From Bdellovibrionales bacterium (GTDB lineage: Bacteria > Bdellovibrionota > Bdellovibrionia > Bdellovibrionales > JAUICD01), in assembly GCA_965203275.1 (NCBI GenBank), contig OZ241865.1, positions 1,440,001-1,504,000 on the forward strand: DNA of 64,000 nt, written 5' to 3'. Under the pieces are notes generated by a model that was not told the origin of the DNA, searched no databases, and worked only from the letters and a program-made list of their open reading frames with translations. The position numbers and the translations under genes were made by a program. Numbering within the stretch: the stretch's first letter is position 1; every line of letters starts with the position of its first letter. Shown piece after piece: positions 41,073-51,900 of the stretch.

Positions 41073-42494
41073 ATGCAAATATATCATCTACAAAAATTAG
41101 CTTATAAAAAAGCAAATGGGATAAACCTTTCAAAAGCTTTGGAAGAATTTAAACAGTTTGTAAAAGAGAAAATAAAAATATCTCAACAAGTCACAATAAA
41201 AGAGCCACTTCAAATGGAGAATATCTATTATGAAATTTCCAAGCACTGGGATCAAAATAAGAATTTAAAATTTTCTAAAAGGCGTCTTTATCGTAAAATA
41301 CCAATGCTCTTACCTTTTTCTTTTTCTTCCAAGCCTTCTCTTATTAAAAATAAAGAATTTTTAAAAGCTTATTTTAAAGATATACAATTAAATAATGATG
41401 ATCGCTCTGCAAGAAAGCTATTAAAAGCTATTTTAAGAAACTACGACTCATTTAATCAACTAGAAATAGAACAAATAATAACAGTTATAAAACCTATTAT
41501 CTCAAATGCCAAATCTAAAAAATGCCAGAGGCTTATTCAAATAGACTCTGATTATCATATTATTAGCAAAGAGATAGTTTCAAATATTGCAGAGAAAATG
41601 CTGAATAGCTCAAAATCTATTGAAGATATATTTTCAGATTTGTGTGAATGTATAAGTCCTGATCTTTGGGAAGGGAAATTAGGGGAAGCTATTGCGATGG
41701 AAATACTTAAAAAAAATCAAATAGAAATGCAAAATAATCACTTTAAATATTTAGAGCGTACCTTAAATTATTTTAAGAACAAAGAAGCCAATCAACTACG
41801 ATTAGAGCGTCTTAGCTCTGATCTGTTAGATTATTTATTAAGACCCTTTATAGAAAGGGATCCACAGCTAGATGTTAAAAATAAACTTTCTCAATTTATT
41901 GACACATATTTTGGTGACCCTCGTGTTGATCCTCGATGGGGAAACTTCATACTTAAGGATGAAATTAAACAAGTGGTCTTAAGATGGAAAACAGCCTTAA
42001 CCTTGAAGGCCTTCTTTAAATTACTAGATCATGTTGCTCAAACTGATCCCACCCATGATAGACATTGGGAAAGTAGAAGAAATTTTTGGAATGATTTCTT
42101 AGATAGACAAGAGATTCTTGAATCTTGGCTTATTTTAGGAAAAACACATATTAAAGTATTAAATAAATGGAGTAATAAAAAGGAAAAATTAGAATATGCT
42201 ACTTTTTTAAATAGCACAGGCATTCAAAATACTCACTCTGCCATTATAATGAAAATTAGAAACTTTATACTTGTAGAATGGTCTCATTCTGGAGCTTTAA
42301 GAATATACAAAGATACAGATAAAAGAAAACCAAAGCTTTATAAAAAAGAATATTATCCTAATGAAATAAAGAAAATAAAGCAACACACAGATGGTTGGAT
42401 TCAACATGATCAATATGAAAGATGGAAAGAAGAGGTAGAAGATATGCTCTTTGATAGAAGAAGAAAGAGAAAAATACTTAATACAAATTACTGA
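41073..42494 (+). CDS. zorC: Zorya ZorC (EH-signature protein)
   Basis: FGDPR...RRNFW...VEWSHSGALR. Confidence 0.85.
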   Translation: MQIYHLQKLAYKKANGINLSKALEEFKQFVKEKIKISQQVTIKEPLQMENIYYEISKHWDQNKNLKFSKRRLYRKIPMLLPFSFSSKPSLIKNKEFLKAYFKDIQLNNDDRSARKLLKAILRNYDSFNQLEIEQIITVIKPIISNAKSKKCQRLIQIDSDYHIISKEIVSNIAEKMLNSSKSIEDIFSDLCECISPDLWEGKLGEAIAMEILKKNQIEMQNNHFKYLERTLNYFKNKEANQLRLERLSSDLLDYLLRPFIERDPQLDVKNKLSQFIDTYFGDPRVDPRWGNFILKDEIKQVVLRWKTALTLKAFFKLLDHVAQTDPTHDRHWESRRNFWNDFLDRQEILESWLILGKTHIKVLNKWSNKKEKLEYATFLNSTGIQNTHSAIIMKIRNFILVEWSHSGALRIYKDTDKRKPKLYKKEYYPNEIKKIKQHTDGWIQHDQYERWKEEVEDMLFDRRRKRKILNTNY

Positions 42495-42534
42495 GATATG
42501 TTTTATGAAAAATTAAAAAACTAGAAGATAAACT

Positions 42535-45500
42535 ATGAAACTGATATTTAATATAGAAAAAAATGATGTTCATATCACAGCAAAAGATTCTTTAAATCAA
42601 CGAATTGCTGTAGAGCAATGGTCTACTCAAAATCCCAAGCTTGACTTCATCCATTTACTTCTTGAAGAAGCCAAAGCTTCACAAGATCAATACACATTGA
42701 TCATAGCAAAATCAAACATACCTGATCTCACATCTTATCAAATAGAACAGCTCTCTTTATATCCAGTCATTCCTTACACACTGCACTGTAAATCAACAGG
42801 TACTATTTTAAGAGACAACTATAAAATTATTGTCAATTTTAAAAGTTCTAGTGGTCTGCCACTTGGCAAGATAGAACGAAATGGTCCTTTTGCAAAAGTC
42901 GCAGGCAAAACCTACACTCTGATCAACCCTATTTATGAATCCTTACTGCTTATTGAACAAATCAACCAAAGCAAAGACAAAACAAAATTAATTCATCTTC
43001 AAAAACTTAAAGAAATACTACCTTTTCAATGTCTTAAAAATGATGAATCTTTGATAGAAACAGAAGTTTTTATTGCTAATAATTTTACTTTAAGAGTTAT
43101 TGATAGAGAAAATTTCTTATACACTCCTTGCTTTGTGGATGTAGACAAAGAAGCTGATGAAATGGTCTATTTATTAAATGACAAACAACAACAACAATAT
43201 TCAAAGCAGTTTTTAGATTATAATCAAGTCAAACTTCAAATGCAGATCCAAACTAATCAATTTATAGTTTTACCTCCTCGAACAAAACAGTTGATTGATG
43301 TAGTCAAATCGACCATTTCAAAAAGCTATCAAGAAAAAGCACGACTTTTTGCAAACCCTCATTCTTTTTTTAAAGAAGCTCTAGGAGAAAGTTATCTCAA
43401 TGAGCATGAAGATCTATTTGTTTTAGATCAAGCTTATGCTTCCGATAGGATTAGCCATATAGGAATATGGGAACCTAAAACTCAAGTATTTTTACCTCAA
43501 TATCAAAGTGAATGGTTTCCTCAATATTGTGTTGGCATTCCATTAGACAGAGGAATCATCTTTATGAAACCAGAAAATATAGAAAATAACTGTCAAAAAA
43601 TAGAGCAAGCTATCCGCAATAATATTCCTTTTGTTCAATGTGAAGGGCAAAAGATAAAGGCCACTCAAGAAAATCTTAAATTATTGAAAGAAACAGACGA
43701 AAGAATAAAAAAAGAAATAAAACCATCAGAATTGAATATAAAAGAAGAGAAAAAAGAAAAAAATCCTCCCATTGTAGCTATTATTAAAGACAATTTAGAT
43801 GAAAATGGAGTTTATAGTGCAAATAAAAATAAAAGGCAAATACAAGATGTGTTCTGTCCATCTTTATTAAACATTTCACTTTTTCCGCATCAAAAAGAAG
43901 GACTTTCATGGTTGCAAAATTCATGGAACAAATCTAAAAGAGGTGTTTTGCTAGCTGACGATATGGGGCTTGGTAAAACTTTGCAAATCTTAGCCTTTTT
44001 AGCATGGTTAAAGGAACTTGAACAAAATCAAAAAATAGATAAAAGACCTATTTTAATTATTGCATCTACAGGTCTGCTTAAAAATTGGGAAGACGAACAT
44101 AATAAACATCTAAAGGAGCCAGGCTTGGGTATACCAACAAAAGGATCTGATTTAAAACAACGTTTAATCCAAAAAGGGGAAGATTATATTGTGGATCGTT
44201 TTAAAAAATCTCATTGGGTATTAACGACTTATGATTCACTGGCAAGATACGAAAGTATTTTTGGGCATATTTCATGGCAAGTGATTGTTTTTGATGAGTG
44301 TCAGGCTATTAAAAATCCAAGTTCCTATCGTACAGATAGAGCTAAGATGATGGATGCTGATTTTTCAATTGGTTTAACTGGTACACCTGTTGAAAATAGA
44401 TTAAGTGACTTGTGGTGTATTTCTGACACGTTATATCCAGGCCTTCTTAAAACTTATAAAGAGTTTAAAAAAAGATATGAAGATAAACAAGATCATTTAA
44501 AAGAATTAACTCAAATAATGAAGGAAGGTCATCCTCCGTCCTTTATGCTTAGAAGAATGAAAAAAGATCATATCAAAGGTTTAACTCATAAGAAAGAGAT
44601 CATCAAAAAGGAATTGATGCCTCAAAAACAAACTTCAGGTTATGATGCTATTTTGCAAAAGGTACAATCTCAAAGATATAGAAAGTCTATGGTGGCTATT
44701 CAACATCTTAAGTCTATGAGCTTAGCTTCTAAGTTTGATGAAAACTTAGAAGATCAAGCATTTATAAACAGTTCAGCTAGGTTGATTGCTTTATTTAAAA
44801 TTTTAGATGAGATTGAATCAAGGAGAGAAAAAGTTTTAATATTTTTAGAATCTCGTCATTTGCAAGAAAAACTTATTCCAATTATAAAGAGAAAATACAA
44901 GCTAAATCACTCACCTCTTTTAATCAATGGTCAAGTGGCTGGACAACAAAGAAAACAAAAGGTAGATATTTTTCAAAATTTACCACTAGGATTTGATGTG
45001 ATGATTTTATCTCCTAAAGCTGGTGGAACAGGCTTAACACTCACAAGAGCTAATAATGTTATTCATTTAGAGCGGTGGTGGAATCCAGCAGTAGAAGATC
45101 AATGTTCAGATAGAGTTTATAGAATTGGTCAAAAAAAAGATGTTAATATTTATATTCCTATGGCTATTCATCCATCTATAAAGAGCTTTGATATGGTTTT
45201 ACATGAAAGGCTTAAGAAAAAAAGAGAGTTAAGTCAGAAGGTGATTGTTCCAACAAAACTTGATTCAGAGGATTATAAAGAAATTTTTGAAACAACGACA
45301 GGTGAAACTTTTGAAGATGATCAGGATCAGAAAGATAATTTCTACAAATCCCGAGCATGGCATGAATTGAGATATCGTATCTTTAATAAATATGGGCATA
45401 GATGTCAAAAATGTGGTGCTGATCAGAGTCAATCGACCCTGCATGTGGATCATATCAAACCAAGATCAAAGTATCCTCAATTGGAATTAGACCCTAACAA

Positions 45501-45570
45501 CCTTCAAGTTCTTTGTGAAGAATGTAACTTAGGAAAATCAAACAAACATGAAGATGACTACCGACCTTAG
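42535..45570 (+). CDS. zorD: Zorya ZorD: SNF2 helicase with C-terminal HNH nuclease
   Basis: LADDMGLGKT, DECQ, TGTPVEN, WWNPAVEDQ; C-terminal CQKC..HVDHIKP..NLQVLCEECNLGK. Confidence 0.85.
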   Translation: MKLIFNIEKNDVHITAKDSLNQRIAVEQWSTQNPKLDFIHLLLEEAKASQDQYTLIIAKSNIPDLTSYQIEQLSLYPVIPYTLHCKSTGTILRDNYKIIVNFKSSSGLPLGKIERNGPFAKVAGKTYTLINPIYESLLLIEQINQSKDKTKLIHLQKLKEILPFQCLKNDESLIETEVFIANNFTLRVIDRENFLYTPCFVDVDKEADEMVYLLNDKQQQQYSKQFLDYNQVKLQMQIQTNQFIVLPPRTKQLIDVVKSTISKSYQEKARLFANPHSFFKEALGESYLNEHEDLFVLDQAYASDRISHIGIWEPKTQVFLPQYQSEWFPQYCVGIPLDRGIIFMKPENIENNCQKIEQAIRNNIPFVQCEGQKIKATQENLKLLKETDERIKKEIKPSELNIKEEKKEKNPPIVAIIKDNLDENGVYSANKNKRQIQDVFCPSLLNISLFPHQKEGLSWLQNSWNKSKRGVLLADDMGLGKTLQILAFLAWLKELEQNQKIDKRPILIIASTGLLKNWEDEHNKHLKEPGLGIPTKGSDLKQRLIQKGEDYIVDRFKKSHWVLTTYDSLARYESIFGHISWQVIVFDECQAIKNPSSYRTDRAKMMDADFSIGLTGTPVENRLSDLWCISDTLYPGLLKTYKEFKKRYEDKQDHLKELTQIMKEGHPPSFMLRRMKKDHIKGLTHKKEIIKKELMPQKQTSGYDAILQKVQSQRYRKSMVAIQHLKSMSLASKFDENLEDQAFINSSARLIALFKILDEIESRREKVLIFLESRHLQEKLIPIIKRKYKLNHSPLLINGQVAGQQRKQKVDIFQNLPLGFDVMILSPKAGGTGLTLTRANNVIHLERWWNPAVEDQCSDRVYRIGQKKDVNIYIPMAIHPSIKSFDMVLHERLKKKRELSQKVIVPTKLDSEDYKEIFETTTGETFEDDQDQKDNFYKSRAWHELRYRIFNKYGHRCQKCGADQSQSTLHVDHIKPRSKYPQLELDPNNLQVLCEECNLGKSNKHEDDYRP

Positions 45571-45578
45571 GTTCATTG

Positions 45579-45616
45579 GTTCACTAAAAGTGGTCTGACC
45601 TCTGGTCACTTTTGAG
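45579..45616 (-). repeat. 3' remnant of a palindromic element
   Basis: ttcactaaaagtggtctgacctctgg, reverse complement of 61196-61219. Confidence 0.65.
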
Positions 45617-45632
45617 CTGGATCTTCAATTTA

Positions 45633-45665
45633 TTTTTAAAATTTTTGTATCATCTTGAAACACTT
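45633..45665. repeat. 33-bp direct repeat, right of Zorya
   Basis: Identical to 37969-38001. Confidence 0.85.
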
Positions 45666-45742
45666 GATAAGTTTCAATCTCACATCACACCAATCATACG
45701 TTCATACGTTGAAGCAAATTTAATTTGTTTAAACTATATTTT

Positions 45743-46118
45743 AAAAGTCAAAAGAGGTGGGCAAAAATAAATTTGATTTTTTTAAGAAAAGCAACAAACA
45801 TTTGAATTTTTTAGTGAAGAAGCCACCATCAACAATATAAGCTATTCTGTCCATTTCAAAAAGCCTTTAAAAACCTTATAAAACTGTAAGCTTTATAAAA
45901 AAATTGGCCTAAGTGTCCAACCCTAAAGTTTTTTATTAGGGAATAAGGAACAGAGACCCGTGTATTTTCATATCTTTACATATAATCTTCGCCTAAATAA
46001 TCTAAAAAGTCAAGAGGAATGAGCAAATAAATTTTTTAAAACAATAAAAAGCACCATCAACTCCATCTATTCATCCATCGTAGAAGCTTAAAACCCTCAA
46101 ATATCTTGACAAAATTGG
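45743..46118. repeat. ~380-bp inter-cassette repeat, copy 1
   Basis: Highly similar to 52185-52567 and 56777-57180; ends in TTGACA-N17-TATACT (46106-46134). Confidence 0.9.
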
Positions 46119-46451
46119 GATTTAGCATTATACTTCCAATCAAAATTTAATTATTAAACTTATTTTAAAGGAGGTGCAAAATACCAAAAAGATATGCAAT
46201 TACAACAGATTAAATGACAAATTATTTTAGATACATACAATGAAATTAAGAAAAATATGGCATTCGCTATATCATCTAAGTATGACTAGGAATGAGGATG
46301 TATTAGATGGATAAGCCATCAATTCCATTGACTCCATTCCCATCACAGAAAAATAAAAATATTTTATATTTGATGAAGATATGATTTATCTCAAAAGATG
46401 TTGCATATTGCTTAAAGTTATGATATAAGTAGCTTTCATGTAACAAAGGAG

Positions 46452-46997
46452 ATGCTTATGCTGAAAAAGTATTTAATTTATATTTTATTTCAAAGTAATA
46501 TTTTGATTTTACTTGCTCCCACTAGTAGTTATGGAGTTTTTAATTTTGTTTCAACAGGGATTGAAGAATTAAATGTCGATGGAACTGAGATTAAAATTAA
46601 CCAAAGTAGATCAGAGTATTGTATTCAAAAAGCTAGCGAAGGAAAATATGTGCTTTGTTTCCCTCATGCTGAAATGTATATCACACAAAGAGGTGAAACA
46701 AATGATATCACTCATATCCTTAAGGAATGGGATGGTTTTTTTGTTTTCTTTGTCAAAATAAGAACGAATCAATATGCTGTGGATTTGAATAGTGATGGAA
46801 AAAAAGAAATCGCTATTGTACCTCAAGTCTCTGGAGGAGGTGCTATTAGTTTGCCAGCTTATCTCTATACTATAACGGATCATGGCTTAGCACCTTATGG
46901 TGAAGGAAGATTTTTTTGGGAAAATGGCCAGAAGGTCTTACTTGGTTGCCCTCAATGTTCAAAGTTTAACTTAGGAGCTTGTAATTCTTGCTATTAA
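46452..46997 (+). CDS. Secreted hypothetical protein
   Basis: Signal-like N-terminus, DLNSDGKKE Ca-binding-like motif, C-terminal CxxC...CxxC. Confidence 0.6.
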   Translation: MLMLKKYLIYILFQSNILILLAPTSSYGVFNFVSTGIEELNVDGTEIKINQSRSEYCIQKASEGKYVLCFPHAEMYITQRGETNDITHILKEWDGFFVFFVKIRTNQYAVDLNSDGKKEIAIVPQVSGGGAISLPAYLYTITDHGLAPYGEGRFFWENGQKVLLGCPQCSKFNLGACNSCY

Positions 46998-47037
46998 AAA
47001 TTTGAGCTATTTTAAGCTATAAAAAATAAGTTTTCTT

Positions 47038-47349
47038 ATGACATTTGGTTATCTTGAAGTAGGTTTTGCACTGATCACAAGCTTGTGGTTTTATGCAGTG
47101 ATTTTCTGCAAATCCAATTACGAAGCTGAAAAACATAACGAGATCACAAATGCCAATAAGGCAAGAGCTTTAAAAACTTTTCGAGTTTTTGTAGATGGTA
47201 GCGATGCTCAGTCAATCAAAGATGCAATGCTTTTACTTGCAGGTCAGGCAGCGTTTTACACACCAACAAGTGGCTTTAGAAAAAATGAAAAAGAAATTCC
47301 GCTTCCACCTCTTGCCCAAACTGCAAAGCAATTTTACAAAGAAAAATAA
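47038..47349 (+). pseudogene. Probable C-terminal fragment of a membrane protein
   Basis: Starts in a TM-like segment; short and without a clear SD. Confidence 0.35.
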
Positions 47350-47518
47350 AGACTTACTTAAACCCCTGCTTTGATAATCTTTTTTAGACTTGTCAGAAGC
47401 TTATCAAATGCTTTTCAGAATACAAAATATATTTTCAACTGAAAAAATCAATTATTTAAGATAACATATCACTGAACATATATAATATAACATCCAAAGA
47501 AAATCCTTAAAAACAAAT

Positions 47519-48148
47519 TTAAAATAACTCTAATTGTTGTGTATAATCTAAATGATTTTTAAAAGGCTTTTCTCTTTTTTTCAAAATAATTTCTTCTCCT
47601 ATTGATTGATCTATAAGTTGCCTTAAATCAACCACTGCACCAAATTTTAAAAATGTACTAAAGAATTTTTCATATTTTTTACCCCAATAGACCATTGCAC
47701 AAGACATTGGAGCTCCTTTCCCTTCTTTATCTCCATCTTCTAAAAATTTTAACCGGGTTTCATATAAAAAACACACTGCAATAGCTTTGCCCCATATATA
47801 TTCTTTCCAATGACTTGTATTGCTTGCTACTGGAATTAATGCTAACACTTCTGAATGAAATTGTTTATTTGCATTTGCACACTTACATAACCAATTTTTT
47901 ATTGTTGTCCCTCTGTGTCTATCTGCTCCGTAAGGGGGATTGACATATATTGTTTTATAATCCCAATGGGCATTTAATCCATCATTTTCAGGTAAAGAAA
48001 GTTCTATTTTTGCATTGACTTTTGACCATTGGTTGGAACAAGGATCAAACTCTATGACCCCTTCAAATACTTGCTTAACTGCTTTAATATACTTAAGCGG
48101 AGTACACCAATCAGTGCTTTGAGAATTAACTGTGCGACCTGCTGTCAT
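47519..48148 (-). CDS. DNA N6-adenine methyltransferase (phage Dam-like)
   Basis: DWCTP...FDPC...YVNPPYG; its start overlaps (ATGA) the stop of a start-less upstream gene remnant at 48145-48290. Confidence 0.8.
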   Translation of the reverse strand: MTAGRTVNSQSTDWCTPLKYIKAVKQVFEGVIEFDPCSNQWSKVNAKIELSLPENDGLNAHWDYKTIYVNPPYGADRHRGTTIKNWLCKCANANKQFHSEVLALIPVASNTSHWKEYIWGKAIAVCFLYETRLKFLEDGDKEGKGAPMSCAMVYWGKKYEKFFSTFLKFGAVVDLRQLIDQSIGEEIILKKREKPFKNHLDYTQQLELF

Positions 48149-48420
48149 TTAAGTATCCTCTCCCATTTTTTAGATGAAAGAAAAGCCAAATCTTTTTTTA
48201 AATTTTTAATATCCTGATGAGCGGGTGCTATGACAGTAAACCATTTTTCAATTTCTAATAAATTTTCTTTAAATTTGTAAATTTTTTCATATTTTTTAAT
48301 CCTTGTTTAATATCTAAATGGGACTCATGTATAGTAAGAGAAGTGTTTGTTATCAGCAAATTGCATTAAAATAGATTGTACTGTCAAGAAATACTAAAAA
48401 ATATCTTTAAAAGAGATTTT

Positions 48421-49186
48421 TTAGTAAAAGTGGTCTGACCTCTGTTTCCCTAAAATTGAACTAGCCGTCATTTTCACTCAAAATGCATCATGCCGTCTTT
48501 TGCACTTGAAATGAACCACACCTCTGTTTCCCTAAAATTGAACTAGCCTCTGGCTACTTTTGGGCAGTTAGCCCGACGACTGTCGTCGTCGATCAAAGGC
48601 TAACTCCCTCAAAAGCTTGTTCAATTTTAGGAAGAAGGATGTCCTCATTTCTTAACAGCATGTTAAGGAAAAAGAGTTTCATTTGTAAACCTGCTTGCTC
48701 TTAAGGCAATAAAAGAACTTTTTCCCTAACATGGTGTAAAGGAGTAAAAAGATCCTCCCCTACTCAAAATGCATAGATTTTTGAGGCAATGACTATTTTG
48801 TCAACGTGAAGTAAACATCTTGTTTCCTTAACATCGTGTAAAGAGACAAGAGGATTCTTCTTACTAAAAATAAACGGATTTTTGAGGCATTGCTCTTTTT
48901 GGACAGCGTAAGCTGTCAGAGCAATGCCCAAAAACAGCCAGAGGCTGGTTTATTTTTAGTGAAACAAACGCGGTCATTGCCCAAGGTGTAAGAAGGAACT
49001 TTTTCCTTAACATGTGGTCAAGAGACGAAGAGATTCTTCTTCCTAAAATTGAACAAGCTTTTGAGGCGGTTAGCCTTTGATCGACGGCGGTAGCCGTCGG
49101 GCTAACTGCCCAAAAGTAGCCAGAGGCTAGTTCAATTTTAGGGAAACAGAGGCATGATGCATTTTGAGTGAAATATTAAGGAAAAA
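48421..49186. repeat. Nested cluster of palindromic elements
   Basis: Reverse-oriented nest 48421-48680 and forward nest 48720-49172 (outer CAAAATGCAT/ATGCATTTTG with two inner units). Confidence 0.9.
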
Positions 49187-49269
49187 GATTACTTAGATAC
49201 AATTGCAAAAGAAAGTTTTAATCAGAAAGGAATCTTTAGTGTTCTTATAATATTGCTTGTTCAAAAAAA

Positions 49270-49932
49270 TTATTTTTTCATTTTTTGTTTTCTAGCCTCT
49301 AAGATTCTTAAATGCTGTTTTTTCTCTTCGTCTCCATCTCTACAGCATTTTTTATATTTCTTCCTGCTTCCACAAGGACATTTTTCATTTTTTCCTATTT
49401 TCTTAAGTGAAGTTATATATTTTTTGCTATCTTCTATAGCTTCCTCTATACCTTTTTTGCCATGAGAATATTCCCCGCATGGTGGTATTTTCCTATACTT
49501 TTCATAATAAGCTTGCCATACAAAATATGGGTAAACTCTGTAAATAATAAAATCTTTGAGAGATGCGGTTCTTTTAAGGGGAATCAATTCTAAACAACAA
49601 CTCTTGTCATTAGGATAGAGGTGTAAATCTTGAACTTTTTTGTTTAATTTTTTTGCCAGTCTTTCAATTTTTTCACCGATCTCATATACTTTTGGCCATC
49701 CTAGTGGATGATTATTAAAGTCAATTTCTATGAGATACTCACCTGTAACACATTCATTTTCATTTGTTTCACAAGGCTTTATCTCCCACTGATCTATGGA
49801 ATTTTCTTTTTTCACATAGTGACAGGGATGAATAATAATATGACCGGTAATTTTATTATCATTCTGACAATATTTAAGATCAGGAAACCATTTAAGAGTT
49901 TCTTTAAAATCATTACTTGAATATTCTATCAT
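49270..49932 (-). CDS. E2/UBC-like protein with C-terminal SEC-C motif (CBASS ancillary)
   Basis: YLIEIDF..WPKVYE..LHLYPNDKSCCL; GKNEKCPCGSRKKYKKCC; start inferred at MIEYS. Confidence 0.7.
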   Translation of the reverse strand: MIEYSSNDFKETLKWFPDLKYCQNDNKITGHIIIHPCHYVKKENSIDQWEIKPCETNENECVTGEYLIEIDFNNHPLGWPKVYEIGEKIERLAKKLNKKVQDLHLYPNDKSCCLELIPLKRTASLKDFIIYRVYPYFVWQAYYEKYRKIPPCGEYSHGKKGIEEAIEDSKKYITSLKKIGKNEKCPCGSRKKYKKCCRDGDEEKKQHLRILEARKQKMKK

Positions 49933-50902
49933 CAAACGCATAAGGTTTAGTTGCTGGTACTGTAGGAAGAATAGCACTTTCTTTACGAGAAGACGAAGAA
50001 TCTATCAATCGACCAAAATGATCACCGAATAATTCACGCCATTTTTTGACGCTACTATTGTAATCTTCTTCTTCAAAAGCTTGATTAATTTTTCCATTAT
50101 ACGAATTAAACTTTTCTCTAAAATTCTTATATTTTACTTCATCCCAATGCCTGTTGAAATCCTCACTTGACATCACTGGATTTTTAATAATTGGCATAGA
50201 TGGACGGTTTTGCAAAAAATTATTTAGTCTATTTGAGAGGGTTTTCAAAGTTGTTGGTAAATCTGAAAAGCTTTCACTGTCTTTATCATCAGTTTGCACC
50301 ATATTACCTAAAAGAGTGGTCAACAGTATTGACTTAACAGAAAAGTTATCTTTATGATCTCTCAAAAATTTTAAAAGTCTAGTCACCTTTCTAAAATTAT
50401 TATTACCAACAATTTCATTTTTTTGTGCTAGCCATTGTTTATATCCATCACCATCTGTTGGCTCATATTTGCTATCGTTTCTATTAGTGATATAATGTAC
50501 TTCATTATGTTCTACACAAGGGACAATATCTAAGTGAAAATCACCAGCATAATTAATTGTCACACATCTTGTCTTTTTATTGATCTTATCTTCGTAATTG
50601 CCATTATTTTTGAATATCTCATAAATTTTTCTTACATAGTCAGTTTTAAAATCATTTGGATTAAAATCAGAATCCTGAATAAATATCAATAGATCAGCAT
50701 CAAACTCGTCATTATCTTTTACAGGTTTAATAATAGTTTTATGGGCATAAGAACCTTGCTCACTAAACTTTCTGTAACCTGACAAATTTTCTTTAAGTAA
50801 TTTCGTGATTGTTTCTATGCGTCCTTTTAATGTATCTAACCGGTCTTGATTAAGATCTACACGCTTAGACAAAAAATCTTTAAAATCTCTTTCGTGCTTC
50901 AT
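49913..50902 (-). CDS. CBASS CD-NTase (cGAS/DncV-like nucleotidyltransferase)
   Basis: QGSYAHKTIIKP..EFDADL..RCVTINY..FHLDIVP. Confidence 0.9.
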   Translation of the reverse strand: MKHERDFKDFLSKRVDLNQDRLDTLKGRIETITKLLKENLSGYRKFSEQGSYAHKTIIKPVKDNDEFDADLLIFIQDSDFNPNDFKTDYVRKIYEIFKNNGNYEDKINKKTRCVTINYAGDFHLDIVPCVEHNEVHYITNRNDSKYEPTDGDGYKQWLAQKNEIVGNNNFRKVTRLLKFLRDHKDNFSVKSILLTTLLGNMVQTDDKDSESFSDLPTTLKTLSNRLNNFLQNRPSMPIIKNPVMSSEDFNRHWDEVKYKNFREKFNSYNGKINQAFEEEDYNSSVKKWRELFGDHFGRLIDSSSSRKESAILPTVPATKPYAFDDRIFK

Positions 50903-51823
50903 TTATACCTCCTTAAGAAAATTCTTAATTTTTGCACTTTGGTTTGTAAACTCTTGCTTTGCTTTTTCTTTGAAATTAGCTATTTCTCTATAATTGTCAA
51001 GACTACAATATTCGATATTTGGATTAATTCTCAAAATATTGTCTTTATTATCCTTAAAAATCAAATTTAAGACATTTTCTGGAAACTTTGTCTGACAAGA
51101 CATAACAAAATCTACAAATTTAGTTTTTTCCCATCCATATAATAGTCCCCAATTTTTTGATTTTTGATAACATTGTTCTGATTTTCCAGTTCCTATAGAT
51201 AATATTTTGACATTATTTGTCTTTGCTTTAAAATTATTAATAGCATCTGTATAACCCACAAGAGCGGGATTATTTGCCCATATACCTCCATCACAAATAA
51301 GAGTTCCATTTATATTTACTGGGTCAAAATAAGTTGGTGTTGCACAAGAAGCTAAAACAGCTTTAAATAAAGGTATTTCGCCATCTCTCACATAGCCAGC
51401 GTTTCCTCTTTGCTTCTGCTGGTAAGCCGACTTAAAAACATGGACGTCTCCCATACTGACATTTGTAGCATTAAGAATAAGAGGTTTTTTAATTTCTCCT
51501 AGCTTTTTCTCTTTGAATTTCTGGTGAAGAAATATCTCTAAGTGATGATTATTATATTTTGATCTAAAAAGTCCACATAAATTCCATTGTTTTTGAAAAA
51601 TCTCAGGAGCCTTTTCTGAGTAATCATCAACTAATTGAGCTAAATCACTGTCTATTGCCACTGTTCCAGCTACAATGCTCCCTGTGCTTGTACCGACAAT
51701 AAGATCAAAAGTATCATGTATTTTTATATTTAGCTTTGCTTCTATAAGAGCTAATATCTTAGTAGCAAATATTCCCTTTATCCCACCTCCATCAATACTT
51801 AAAATTTTAAACATTTTATTCAT
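50903..51823 (-). CDS. capV: Patatin-like phospholipase CBASS effector
   Basis: DGGGIKG, GTSTG, DGGIWANNP; directly upstream of the CD-NTase. Confidence 0.85.
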   Translation of the reverse strand: MNKMFKILSIDGGGIKGIFATKILALIEAKLNIKIHDTFDLIVGTSTGSIVAGTVAIDSDLAQLVDDYSEKAPEIFQKQWNLCGLFRSKYNNHHLEIFLHQKFKEKKLGEIKKPLILNATNVSMGDVHVFKSAYQQKQRGNAGYVRDGEIPLFKAVLASCATPTYFDPVNINGTLICDGGIWANNPALVGYTDAINNFKAKTNNVKILSIGTGKSEQCYQKSKNWGLLYGWEKTKFVDFVMSCQTKFPENVLNLIFKDNKDNILRINPNIEYCSLDNYREIANFKEKAKQEFTNQSAKIKNFLKEV

Positions 51824-51900
51824 TTATATACCCTTCTTGCAATGATCATGTCTAAGTAATTTCAATGGATTATATTATTTCCACCTATTGTAAACAGTCT

